Assembly (NCBI GenBank): GCA_913055745.1
Contig: CAJXJZ010000004.1
Location: 8,957 to 72,956 of the forward strand
Reading direction: 5' to 3'
Length of the DNA: 64,000 nt
Source of the DNA: an uncultured bacterium
Lineage (GTDB): Bacteria; Hydrothermota; Hydrothermia; UBA1063; CAJXJZ01
This document shows, piece after piece, positions 19,492 to 29,024 of this stretch (positions are counted from its first letter, which is position 1; each line of letters begins with the position of its first letter). The position numbers and the translations under genes are program-made. The notes beneath the pieces are model-generated. The model was not told the origin of the DNA. It was given only the letters and a program-made list of their open reading frames with translations, and did no database searches.

Positions 19492-20502
19492 TTAAAGTAA
19501 TTGGTAAACGACGGTTAAAATACCCCAATCATCGTCTTTTGAAGAGGGCTCAAAGACCCACATGCGGAGTGCTTCTATCGCCGCCCTATCTAACTCAGGA
19601 TAGCCTGTAGACCGTAAAATAAGGATATTGGGCTTAACCCTTCCATCCTTAGATACCCAGAATTTAAGGACGCATGTTCCCTCTTCCCCTTCACGGAGCG
19701 CAGAACGCGGATAAAAGGGTGAGACCTTCTTTAGAACCTTCCTATTTTTAATAGAACCACTGAGACTTATCAATGGTTTGTTGCTTTTTTTGGATACCTC
19801 ACCTTTATTTAGACTTATTGCGGGCTTTTTTCGCACAACACTACCTATGGCTGGTCCTTCCTTCTCAAGATCTTTTAAAGAATTTTTATCTGAACTTACA
19901 AGTTTAATTTTACCACCACCATTAAATCCTTCACCCAATTGAGCACCCGAACCAAGTTTAGACACATCGCTCTTATCAAGACTTATACCACCAGATACGG
20001 GTTTTTCCTTAAGTATCTCCTCTGTGCTTTTGCCTTTACCTGAAAAGGCGAGCACCACATCAGCACCCTCAATATCAGCATTACCCGATGTAGATGAAAG
20101 ATCTATTTGCGCATTTTCTATATTCTCACTGATACCACTCTTTTCAAGAGAAATGGTTGGGCCTTCAACACTGGGCTCCTCTATATTTTTTTCAATGCTT
20201 ATTTTTTGCTGCCCTGGTCCTTCTACCTTTAATCCTGCCCCCCTCCCTGACGCAATAAGATTTTGGATACCCTTTGCTATTTCAGTCTTATGTTGTTTCT
20301 CCGCCTGTTTCTGAGCAATCATTTTTAGAACCTTTGGATTAACTCGTGGGCCAACCTTCTCTTCAAGCAGTTCAATAGATCTGAGTTCTGCCAACGCCTC
20401 TTTTTTCCTTTCAGCGTATTTGTTTGAATAAATGAGCAATGCTATATGAAAAATCATTGAAAAGACTAAGGCAATTATTAATGTCTTACTCTCTTTACTC
20501 AT
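19492..20502 (-). CDS. tonB: TonB family energy transducer
   Basis: TM helix with 'SMIFH' (S-x3-H), long linker, C-terminal 'PFYPRSALREGEEG...LDRAAIEALRMWVFEP'. Confidence 0.9.
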   Translation of the reverse strand: MSKESKTLIIALVFSMIFHIALLIYSNKYAERKKEALAELRSIELLEEKVGPRVNPKVLKMIAQKQAEKQHKTEIAKGIQNLIASGRGAGLKVEGPGQQKISIEKNIEEPSVEGPTISLEKSGISENIENAQIDLSSTSGNADIEGADVVLAFSGKGKSTEEILKEKPVSGGISLDKSDVSKLGSGAQLGEGFNGGGKIKLVSSDKNSLKDLEKEGPAIGSVVRKKPAISLNKGEVSKKSNKPLISLSGSIKNRKVLKKVSPFYPRSALREGEEGTCVLKFWVSKDGRVKPNILILRSTGYPELDRAAIEALRMWVFEPSSKDDDWGILTVVYQLL

Positions 20503-20909
20503 TATTTACCTTTCTTTTTAATCACTGAAAATGCCACCCTCTTAGCCCCACTCTTTTTGACAGAATCAAGAACCTCTAAAATACGCCCAAAGTCAAGTTC
20601 ACTATCAGCCCTTATTATTACCAATTTATAATAAGGTGCTGTTGTATCAGCCTCCTCCATCCTTTTTACAGCACCCACAAGAGTATCAAGTGATGCCGGC
20701 TTGTCATTTAGATACAAAGAGCCATCTTTTTTAATAGATATGGATATATTATCCTCAAGATCTGCCTCTACAACATGGGCGCGAGGAAGGTGCACCTTCG
20801 TACTCGTCTTTGTCATAAGGGTTGGAGATGTAGCAATAAGAATCAAAAGGACAAGCAATGATACTCCTGCCATAGGAAAGAGTTTTTCTCCTATATCAAT
20901 CTCGCTCAT
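20502..20909 (-). CDS. ExbD/TolR family protein (TM Asp absent)
   Basis: Single TM, 'VHLPRA', 'IIRADSELDFGRILEVLD..KKSGAKRV'. Confidence 0.88.
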   Translation of the reverse strand: MSEIDIGEKLFPMAGVSLLVLLILIATSPTLMTKTSTKVHLPRAHVVEADLEDNISISIKKDGSLYLNDKPASLDTLVGAVKRMEEADTTAPYYKLVIIRADSELDFGRILEVLDSVKKSGAKRVAFSVIKKKGK

Positions 20910-21340
20910 ACCTTCTTTTTTCTCCTTCTCTTCAGGATAAGGACGCTTTTTGCCCCCAACTGTTTTGAAAGGTCAATTATATGAATAACCTTATTATAAA
21001 CCACCACTGAATCAGCACTCACTACGACCCTCCCTGTTGTACTCCTTTTAAGAAGGAGAGGTAAGAGTTTTTTAAGAGAATCTAAACTGACACGCTCTTC
21101 ATTTAGATAGAGATTATCATATTTATCTATGTAAATGACAACCTTTGTCTGTTCCTTCTTAATCTTCACCGTCTTTTTTGCCCTGCCTGCTGCAGCACGT
21201 TGGACAAAAATACCGGACTCCATTATAAAAGGTATGGACAGAACAAACATAATAAGCAGGGATAAGGTTATATCCACCATCGGAGCGAGATTTACTTTGG
21301 CTATTCCTCCACGCCTTTTTTTCTTTTTCTTATTCCTCAT
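20906..21340 (-). CDS. exbD: ExbD/TolR family protein
   Basis: 'VNLAPMVDITLSLLIMF', 'VSADSVVVYNKVIHIID'. Confidence 0.9.
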   Translation of the reverse strand: MRNKKKKKRRGGIAKVNLAPMVDITLSLLIMFVLSIPFIMESGIFVQRAAAGRAKKTVKIKKEQTKVVIYIDKYDNLYLNEERVSLDSLKKLLPLLLKRSTTGRVVVSADSVVVYNKVIHIIDLSKQLGAKSVLILKRRRKKKV

Positions 21341-21975
21341 TTTTTAAGCATTCTATTGAAAAGGATTTTTCGGTATGAAACCAATTTATTAGCAAAAGCA
21401 TCAAGAGAATCCTCCATATCTTCTGCCCTTTTTGCATAATAGTTATAAAAAATAAGGGCAGGGATGGCAATTATAAGACCAAATTGCGTGGTAAGGAGTG
21501 CCTCTGCTATGCCTCCTCCCACAACCTCTGGCCCACCAGAGCCTGTAACTGCAATATTATGAAATGCTGTGATAAGACCAACAACAGTACCATATAGTCC
21601 AAGAAGCGGTGCTATTGCCACAACAGTAGCAATCCCTGTAAGAAACTTCTTTGATTTAGCAACCTCTTCCTGTACCTGTGATGAAAGAACTTCTCTAAGT
21701 TCATCTTCCTCGGCATCAAGATTATCTACAGCAACCCTCAAAACCCTGTGTAAAGGTGTATTCTTTGAATAGGCAATCCTTTCCAGTTTTTTTCTGTCAC
21801 CATCACGTAGGTGTTTTTCTATCTCCTTTATAAACTTAAAATAGTCATACCTATTCTTCAAAAAATACACACCCCTTTCTATAATCAGAGCAAGACCGAT
21901 TATGGAAGTTATAAATAGAAGTTGCATCGTATAACTCTGCATTATTATTTGTGCAATGGATTTGCCCATGATCAT
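21337..21975 (-). CDS. exbB: MotA/TolQ/ExbB proton channel protein
   Basis: 'APLLGLYGTVVGLITAF', 'GIAEALLTTQFGLIIAIPA'. Confidence 0.92.
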   Translation of the reverse strand: MIMGKSIAQIIMQSYTMQLLFITSIIGLALIIERGVYFLKNRYDYFKFIKEIEKHLRDGDRKKLERIAYSKNTPLHRVLRVAVDNLDAEEDELREVLSSQVQEEVAKSKKFLTGIATVVAIAPLLGLYGTVVGLITAFHNIAVTGSGGPEVVGGGIAEALLTTQFGLIIAIPALIFYNYYAKRAEDMEDSLDAFANKLVSYRKILFNRMLKK

Positions 21976-24557
21976 TGTTTTACCTCCTTAATTTTACTTT
22001 CAGCAAATTTCTTAATATCAGCATCCGGTGCTATTTCATAAATATATTGATAAATGGCAAGCGCCTCATCATTTTTCCCTTCATCCTCATACATCTTAGC
22101 AGCCTTTTTTAATGCATCCACAGCACCATAAACATCGCCCGAAGAATATAGTGCTATACCTAAATCTTTCAAGGCTTTCTCCTTATTCTTTGTGTTGGGA
22201 TACTTCTCTAAGAGTTCTTTAAATACACGAGCGGCAGACTTATATCGCTTATTTTGTAATAATGCAACGCCCAATCCAAAGTACGCATCTTGTACATGTT
22301 CACCATCAGGGAAGAAATCAATATATTTCTTATAAGCAGAAGATGCATTATCCCAGTCCTTCACCATAGCAAAAAGTTGGCCTGCGTATATAAGGCTCTT
22401 TGGTGCTTTTTCGCTCTTTGGATAATCCATAGCAACCCTCATAAAGTAATCGGCAGCCTTTTTATATTTCTTCTCTTCATAATACCTAACACCTAAATCA
22501 TATATAGCCTCAGCCGCATATTCACTGGTTGGAAATGCCTTTTCAAATTTTTCAAGCGCATTAGTATCCTCCTGGCTCTCATAGTAGAAGGCTTGTGACA
22601 TACCTGTTTGTGCAGCACTCTTAAGTTCATCATCAGGATACAGTGTAAGGAATTTGTGATACTCTTCAATGGCCTTTGCAAACTCCTTCATGTTAAAGAA
22701 ATTTTGTGCTTTGAGCAGCTGTGCCCTCGGGGCGCGCTTCCCATCAGGGAAGCTCTTTATAAGCCAATCTATATAAGTATTTGATTTGATATACTTCGCT
22801 GCTTTGCTATAGGTCTCTGCAAGTTTATATGCCGCCTCCTCTGCTATGGGAGAGGAACCAAATCTCCGCAGCAAATTCTCCCATGTCTCAACAGCATCAC
22901 CATACATCTTCATCGCGTAAAGAGTAAGACCCTTATAATACAAAGCATACGGAGTAAGCCAATTGAGATTTGGAAATGTATTACTAATCGCTGAAAACTC
23001 CCTGAAAGCAGACTTATAATCTCCTTTGTTGAAATAAACAACAGCAAGTCCCATATGCGACTGAATCGTAAAGAGTGTATCTGCATATACATTGGAAACC
23101 TCTTTTAGAACTTCCTCTGCGTTATCGTACCTTTCTTCAGCAATATATGTCCATCCAAGAGAAGATTTTGCATTACCAATAAGCAAACGGCTTCTTCCCT
23201 TATATTTTGCAATAATGGATAAATATACCTTTTCTGCCTCCTCATATCTGCCTGTCATATAGAGCGCCTCTGCCCTTAAAAGATTAGCCCACCCTGCCCA
23301 TATATCATTGCTCTTTGAAAGTTCTGTAGTAAAAATAGTACTCACAGTTACCAACTTGTCAGGTTTCTTTTCTTTAAGAAGCGAGGCAAAATAAAAGGCA
23401 ATGGCTGGGAGTCTTAGTGACGATACTGTATTGTTTTCAACAATGTCTTTGAATTCTAATTCTGATAGTGCATACCTATTTGTTTCAAAATAAACAGCGC
23501 CAGCAAAATACGGACCCATTCCACCTAAGATGCCTCCAGGCAGCATAGACTTAAGTTGCAGGACAGCAAGTTTAAGGTTTTGTGTATCCCTTGAAAGATA
23601 ATAACACTCTGCAATCCTAAAAAAGGATAAAACCTGCAAATCATGCGTTAAAACTTGAGTACGCGCCTTTTCAAAATATTTGATGGCATCTTTGAACTTT
23701 TCCTCCCGCATTTTTGCATTACCCACAAAGTACGCAGAAAGGGAAGCATACTCAAAGGAAGATTTCTGTGCAAGAGGTAAAAGGTTCTTTATAGCCTCAT
23801 CATACTTACCCAACTTGTAATAAGACACACCTACTAAATACTTAACATAATCAAATAAACTGTGCCCTGGAAAATCATTTAAAAATTCTTCTCCCTTCGT
23901 AATTACACCTTGATAATCCTCATAGATAAAAAGTGCCTCAACAATCCCGTATTTAATCGCGCCTTCAAGTTGGGTATTTTGGAAACTATCAAGCATGGAA
24001 CGATATAAATATATGGCCTCTTTGGGCCTCCCTGTGAACGCATAGGCCCTTCCCTCAAAAAGTTTGCCCCAAGGCAATGATGTATGTTTAAAGAACTTAA
24101 TAGACTCAAGATAATTACCCTTAATATATTGCAAAAGCCCTCTAAGAAAATAATCTCTACTTGAGTTTTTGTAATCAGGGAATTTTTCAAGTTTTTCAAT
24201 GTACTTGAGTGCCTTATCTGTAAATCCATTTACCAAAAGATAAACGCTGAGGTTATAGTAAAGTTCTGGTTCAAGATAGGTTCCATTTACATCCTTTAAA
24301 AGTTTTTTACTCTCTTTAACGAACCTGTCTTTATATCCTGCATTGTATAAAAGTTCTCCAAGAAGGAACTTAGATTCCAGCCTATAAGGCGAATTAGAAA
24401 ACTTCCCTATATCACCTTTTAGAACATTTAATGCATCCTCATACTTACCTTCTTTTAATAAGTGTTCTATATAAAGGTATCTATCCCTTAAGGTGAATTC
24501 TTCTTTTTTTGTTGAATTAGCACTTATAAGGATAGTAAATAATAGGAACATCTTCAT
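21972..24557 (-). CDS. Large exported tetratricopeptide-repeat protein
   Basis: Signal-like N-terminus and many TPR/BamD-YbgF-type repeats ('YP.S..A..A.Y..G'). Confidence 0.9.
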   Translation of the reverse strand: MKMFLLFTILISANSTKKEEFTLRDRYLYIEHLLKEGKYEDALNVLKGDIGKFSNSPYRLESKFLLGELLYNAGYKDRFVKESKKLLKDVNGTYLEPELYYNLSVYLLVNGFTDKALKYIEKLEKFPDYKNSSRDYFLRGLLQYIKGNYLESIKFFKHTSLPWGKLFEGRAYAFTGRPKEAIYLYRSMLDSFQNTQLEGAIKYGIVEALFIYEDYQGVITKGEEFLNDFPGHSLFDYVKYLVGVSYYKLGKYDEAIKNLLPLAQKSSFEYASLSAYFVGNAKMREEKFKDAIKYFEKARTQVLTHDLQVLSFFRIAECYYLSRDTQNLKLAVLQLKSMLPGGILGGMGPYFAGAVYFETNRYALSELEFKDIVENNTVSSLRLPAIAFYFASLLKEKKPDKLVTVSTIFTTELSKSNDIWAGWANLLRAEALYMTGRYEEAEKVYLSIIAKYKGRSRLLIGNAKSSLGWTYIAEERYDNAEEVLKEVSNVYADTLFTIQSHMGLAVVYFNKGDYKSAFREFSAISNTFPNLNWLTPYALYYKGLTLYAMKMYGDAVETWENLLRRFGSSPIAEEAAYKLAETYSKAAKYIKSNTYIDWLIKSFPDGKRAPRAQLLKAQNFFNMKEFAKAIEEYHKFLTLYPDDELKSAAQTGMSQAFYYESQEDTNALEKFEKAFPTSEYAAEAIYDLGVRYYEEKKYKKAADYFMRVAMDYPKSEKAPKSLIYAGQLFAMVKDWDNASSAYKKYIDFFPDGEHVQDAYFGLGVALLQNKRYKSAARVFKELLEKYPNTKNKEKALKDLGIALYSSGDVYGAVDALKKAAKMYEDEGKNDEALAIYQYIYEIAPDADIKKFAESKIKEVKQ

Positions 24558-25738
24558 AATGCCAACCTTATCTTTACAAGTTTGCCCGATTTTACATATT
24601 CGTTGCCATACTCATCTATAACATAGAGTTCATACCTATAAGTCCCGTCCGGTACAATCGTTCCATTTTTATCCCTTGCATCCCATAAAAGTACGAGTGG
24701 CGGTGTATTCTTCCCCTCAAATTTCCTGACAAATTCCCCACCACTGGTTTTAATAAGTAGTTTCCACTCTCTTACTCCATAGGGGATATTGATATGTAGT
24801 CTTATCTTTGCAACTGCATTTTCCTCTGTTATATTCAAAACAGAAGGTTCTGATATAGCATAAATCCTATATCCACCGAAATTAACGGTGAACGACAGCC
24901 TATGTATGTCATGGAACAGGGATATACCACGAGGTATTGAATAAGAGTAATCAATCTTAGCAGTGTAATTTTTATAATCCTTAGAAAAACCTACTCCCCC
25001 TGTCATCTCCCTTGAATTTATTCCACCTCTTACACTAAATATGTCAAGAACCTGGCCTTCTGCACCCAAAAAGGTTTGAAAACCGTAGAATGTAGAATAG
25101 AGTAAGTCAAAAGACATATGAAAAAATCTGGCAGGACTTACCACCCACCCTGTTATAAACTCCAACGGCGCCCTCTCTTTCTCTCCAGTATAAGACAAAG
25201 ATAAAGGAATAATATTTTTTATGCCTAATCCCCCACGAAAATACTTATTGATAATAAAATAACTTCCCACATCACACCCAAAGCCTGCTGCCATATCCTC
25301 TCGTATTCTTGAATAAAGGAACTTTAATTTCAATCCGAGCGCAATCCTTGAACTTAGCCTCCTACCTAAAGACGCTCCGCCACCATACTGAACAAACCAG
25401 TAAGTACCCGTATGATTATTGTATTCATTCCTCCCCTCAAATCCTTGCGTCTTTAATCCTGCGAGAAAGATACTGTAGTTTAGATTGTGCTGCACGACCT
25501 TTGAAAAAACAAGAGAAGTAAAGGTCTCATCAAAAGGAAGTGGCGTGTAAGTGGCAGAAAAACCATTTTCCTTTAAGAATCCCAATGATGCAGGATTGTA
25601 TGCCCCAGAGAGGACATCTCCTGATATGCCGTAATATGCAGAACCCATAGAAAATGCTCGTGCACCATATCCATAATCAAGTAAATATCCTACACTGCCC
25701 CCTAAATTTATAAAAATTATTAATAATATATTCACCAT
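24554..25738 (-). CDS. PorV/PorQ-family outer-membrane beta-barrel with C-terminal FlgD-like Ig domain
   Basis: PorV/FadL N-motif 'GARAFSMGSAY...YNPASLG', alternating strands, 'IDYSY...HRLSFTVNFG'; then 'WKLLIK...LLWDARDKNGTIVPDGTYRY'. Confidence 0.82.
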   Translation of the reverse strand: MVNILLIIFINLGGSVGYLLDYGYGARAFSMGSAYYGISGDVLSGAYNPASLGFLKENGFSATYTPLPFDETFTSLVFSKVVQHNLNYSIFLAGLKTQGFEGRNEYNNHTGTYWFVQYGGGASLGRRLSSRIALGLKLKFLYSRIREDMAAGFGCDVGSYFIINKYFRGGLGIKNIIPLSLSYTGEKERAPLEFITGWVVSPARFFHMSFDLLYSTFYGFQTFLGAEGQVLDIFSVRGGINSREMTGGVGFSKDYKNYTAKIDYSYSIPRGISLFHDIHRLSFTVNFGGYRIYAISEPSVLNITEENAVAKIRLHINIPYGVREWKLLIKTSGGEFVRKFEGKNTPPLVLLWDARDKNGTIVPDGTYRYELYVIDEYGNEYVKSGKLVKIRLAL

Positions 25739-26700
25739 TCCACACCTACCCGTTTATAGAGTTTTTTTAAAACATATGGACCTTTGAAAACCCTTAATAC
25801 CAGGATATACATTCCAGATGCCACTTTCTTTCCATTGTTATTTGTTCCGTCCCATTGTATTCTGTTCCATTTACCCGGCACTCCTCCATTTTCGCCAGGT
25901 GTTATCCTCTTCAAAAATACCGTGTTTCCAAAAGGATCCATTATTCTAATTTCAAGATCTGTAAATGACGATGGAAGTAGATACTCAATATTGGCTCTAT
26001 CATAGCCATGCCCTATAGGAGATGGATAGAAAAACAAACTATCCCCAAAGACCCGTTGAGTATCAACCTCTGATGGATTTACAATAATCCTTGTGGTATC
26101 GGCAATTATACGACCTTTGTCATCCTTAAAATATCCTTCTACAAAAACCGTATCTCCTATATACGGATGGAAGAGTGCTTGGGCAATACCATTAATATCT
26201 GTATTGCTCATAGAAGGCGATATTCCTCCACTACCTTTTACAACATTAAAATATATGTGCCTGCCTGCAACCAATGAATCAGGTGAATACGAATAGAGCC
26301 TGGCATAAACAGAATCCTCCTCATCGGAGTTTATACTCATTTTGGCTGGATACACAGATATGTAAAAATAAATAGTAGTATCAATTACCCATATTCGGAT
26401 GGAATCAAAAGCTGTATCCCCCTCATAAATACCAAATAGGTATATATCTGTATAACCTGGGTTATGTGCTCTAAATACTGTCTGAGCGCTTCCCGATGTA
26501 TCGGTGTATAAGGCTGTATCACTTATTGCTACAATATCCGTATCAAGAGGCAATATTTTAATCTTTACACTATCTAAGGGATAGTTAGACGAATCTGTTG
26601 CTGTTATAGAAGCGGTGTCCACATCACCCTGAAAAAGTGTATCGTTATAGTTTATTTGTAACTTGGGCGTTATTGTTAGCAATACTAACAAAAGCATCAT
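25732..26700 (-). CDS. Secreted Big_1-like Ig protein with C-terminal FlgD-Ig/T9SS-like domain
   Basis: 'YTDTSGSA', 'NTDINGIA' Ig repeats; 'FYPSP...IRIMDPFGNTV...WDGTNNNGKKVASGMYIL'. Confidence 0.8.
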   Translation of the reverse strand: MMLLLVLLTITPKLQINYNDTLFQGDVDTASITATDSSNYPLDSVKIKILPLDTDIVAISDTALYTDTSGSAQTVFRAHNPGYTDIYLFGIYEGDTAFDSIRIWVIDTTIYFYISVYPAKMSINSDEEDSVYARLYSYSPDSLVAGRHIYFNVVKGSGGISPSMSNTDINGIAQALFHPYIGDTVFVEGYFKDDKGRIIADTTRIIVNPSEVDTQRVFGDSLFFYPSPIGHGYDRANIEYLLPSSFTDLEIRIMDPFGNTVFLKRITPGENGGVPGKWNRIQWDGTNNNGKKVASGMYILVLRVFKGPYVLKKLYKRVGVEW

Positions 26701-26737
26701 TTATAGCCTCCATTTAAAGTTAAACCATTAGGATATA

Positions 26738-26766
26738 ATTATAATCCTGGATATGGAACCCGTCAA
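26738..26766 (-). promoter_or_regulatory. Sigma70-type promoter of the Ig-PorV-TPR-ExbBD-TonB operon
   Basis: TTGACG-17nt-TATAAT on the minus strand; GGAGG RBS before ATG 26700. Confidence 0.7.
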
Positions 26767-26767
26767 A

Positions 26768-27754
26768 TTATATATGAAACTCAACTATATCCCTATCTTT
26801 TAGAACATAATTTATCTCTACTCTTTGGCCTGGGAACTTGGAAGATCCCCACACCCTTGCGAACTTTAGATTCTCTGCAAAATCCTTATGAATGCGTGCT
26901 GCTGCATCCCGAATTGTATCACCTTTTTTTAATATAAGGGGGTCTTCCATTGATGGTTTCTTACCTGGCTCTTTTGTATATACTCTAATAATACCGAGGT
27001 ATTCAAAGAGTTTCTTTTTTAGAGCACTTAGGTTTTCCATAATAGATATGCCCAAAAGCGGAAATCTACCCTTAATTATCTCTTCTTTCAGGAAGTTAAA
27101 GACTTCTCCATTTTCATCAAGATCCTTTTTAGTGGCAATAACAATCGCCCTCTTCTTTACAGGACCAAAAAGCTCATCTCCACTAAGTCCTTCCCCTATC
27201 AGTATAATATTTTTACTCTTTAAAAGTTCTAAAAGGTCATCGAATAAAAATACGGAATCTCCATTATCAAGGGCAAGCACAATGAGAATAAGGTCTGCTC
27301 CTCGTATGATATCAATCTGCCAATAAACAAAATGGTCTTTTGTAATAGGTGGTAAATCTACTATCTGTATCTTTATATCTTCATAAGGCATCATGCCAAC
27401 TTCTGGCACCTGTGTGGTAAATGGATACTCTGCAATGGCAACTTCTTTACCCGTAAGAGACTTAAGAAGAGAGGATTTTCCTGTGTTTGGTGGACCCAAA
27501 AGTACAATCTGTCCTGCACCTTCTTTCTTAACATAGAATCCTCTCCGACTCTTCCCAGACTTCTTCTCCTCTTCAAGTTCTTTTTTAAGTCGTGATAGTT
27601 TGGCTTTTATATCCGCCTGTAATTTGTCGGTGCCCTTGTGCTTAGGCAAATATGCCCACATCTTTTTGAGGGCAGCAATCTTCTCCTCTATGGTCCTTGC
27701 CTTTCTGTACTCTTCTTCTGCTGCAAGATACTGTGGTGTAAGGTTTGCCGGCAT
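26768..27754 (-). CDS. DRG/Rbg1-like OBG-superfamily GTPase with TGS domain
   Basis: 'PKHKGT.KL.ADIK..LS', G1 GPPNTGKS, G2 'YPFTT', TGS 'IRVYTK...IHKDF...ARVWG...GQRV...L.DRDIVE'. Confidence 0.9.
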   Translation of the reverse strand: MPANLTPQYLAAEEEYRKARTIEEKIAALKKMWAYLPKHKGTDKLQADIKAKLSRLKKELEEEKKSGKSRRGFYVKKEGAGQIVLLGPPNTGKSSLLKSLTGKEVAIAEYPFTTQVPEVGMMPYEDIKIQIVDLPPITKDHFVYWQIDIIRGADLILIVLALDNGDSVFLFDDLLELLKSKNIILIGEGLSGDELFGPVKKRAIVIATKKDLDENGEVFNFLKEEIIKGRFPLLGISIMENLSALKKKLFEYLGIIRVYTKEPGKKPSMEDPLILKKGDTIRDAAARIHKDFAENLKFARVWGSSKFPGQRVEINYVLKDRDIVEFHI

Positions 27755-27755
27755 A

Positions 27756-29015
27756 CTAAATCAATCTATCTTCCTTTCCTTTGGAAATCTTATATATTTT
27801 AAGGCCAATATAATCTTCTATCTTATTTAGATACCTTTTCACTCCATCTGAAAATTCATCCCTTGTTTTTGCCGCTTTTATACCGTAAAAATTCCCAAAT
27901 GTCTCATAGAGGGGTGTGGCCTTTTCAAGGAAATAGGTGGTAGGAGAAAGCGTTTCATATATTTTCCCATCCAAGTTATAAGATATTGCCGCTTTTACCT
28001 CTTTAAATCCATCAAGAACATCAAGTTTCGTCATAACAGGGTGTGTAACCCCATTTATCCAGATAGCATACCTTAAAAGCGGTAAATCAAGCCATCCAAC
28101 TCTTCTCTTTCTTCCAGTAGTAGCACCATACTCATTACCGACACGCCTAAGGGTTTCTCCAATATCATCATCAAGTTCAGTGGGAAAGGGTCCCTTGCCA
28201 ACACGGGTTAGATAAGACTTGAAAACCCCATAAACCCTTCTTACATGAAATGGACCCAAACCTGCCGAAGAAAGCACGCCCCCCGCTATGGTGTGGGATG
28301 AGGTCACATAGGGATAGGTGCCATAAAAAATATCCAACAAAGTGCCCTGCGCACCTTCCATGAGCACAGCCCCACCTTTCTCTATCTCATCCTTTAACAT
28401 TAAAGAAACATCACCGAGTGCGTCCTCAAAGGTCCACTTGTATTTTTCAAACCATGCAAATATCTCATCTTTATTCAATTTAGGCTCATTAAAATGCTCA
28501 AGTAACATATTATTAAAATCAATTTGCCTATTTAGAGCATTTTCAAAATGTCTTTTATCAAGAATGTCTCCGGCTCTTACTGCAAAACGGGCATACACAT
28601 CTCTATAGCAGGGTGCTATTCCCCTTTTAGTACTACCTACACCACCCTCCTGTTCAAATAAACCATCTTCCTTTTTGTGAAATGGAAACACTATTGGTGT
28701 TCTTAAATCAATAAAATACCGACCTTTTACCTCTATCCCTTCTTGTTCAAGAAACTCTATCTCACGGGCAAGCACCTCAGGATCCAAAGCAACACCGGGT
28801 GCAATAGCCACTTTTGTATTATTGTGAAGAATACCCGTTGGAAGAAGGTGTAATACGTTTTTTTTGCCCCTAACATACACTGTATGTCCTGCATTGGCAC
28901 CACCTTGAAACCTCACTATAAGGGAATACTTCCTTGAAAGGTAGTGCACTATTCGCCCCTTACCTTCATCGCCCCATTGCAATCCAAGTACAACATCTAC
29001 ATAGCCCTTTTTCAT
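27756..29015 (-). CDS. purA: Adenylosuccinate synthetase
   Basis: 'QWGDEGKG', 'GGANAGHT', 'EGAQG.LLD', 'GTYPYVTSS', 'EYGATTGR.RR.GWLD', 'TKLDVL'. Confidence 0.98.
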   Translation of the reverse strand: MKKGYVDVVLGLQWGDEGKGRIVHYLSRKYSLIVRFQGGANAGHTVYVRGKKNVLHLLPTGILHNNTKVAIAPGVALDPEVLAREIEFLEQEGIEVKGRYFIDLRTPIVFPFHKKEDGLFEQEGGVGSTKRGIAPCYRDVYARFAVRAGDILDKRHFENALNRQIDFNNMLLEHFNEPKLNKDEIFAWFEKYKWTFEDALGDVSLMLKDEIEKGGAVLMEGAQGTLLDIFYGTYPYVTSSHTIAGGVLSSAGLGPFHVRRVYGVFKSYLTRVGKGPFPTELDDDIGETLRRVGNEYGATTGRKRRVGWLDLPLLRYAIWINGVTHPVMTKLDVLDGFKEVKAAISYNLDGKIYETLSPTTYFLEKATPLYETFGNFYGIKAAKTRDEFSDGVKRYLNKIEDYIGLKIYKISKGKEDRLI

Positions 29016-29024
29016 AACCTGTTT

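Noticed and set aside
18629-24557. Ordinary Tol-Pal division locus
   Set aside because: No TolB beta-propeller or lipoprotein Pal; two ExbD copies and a PorV-like barrel do not fit.
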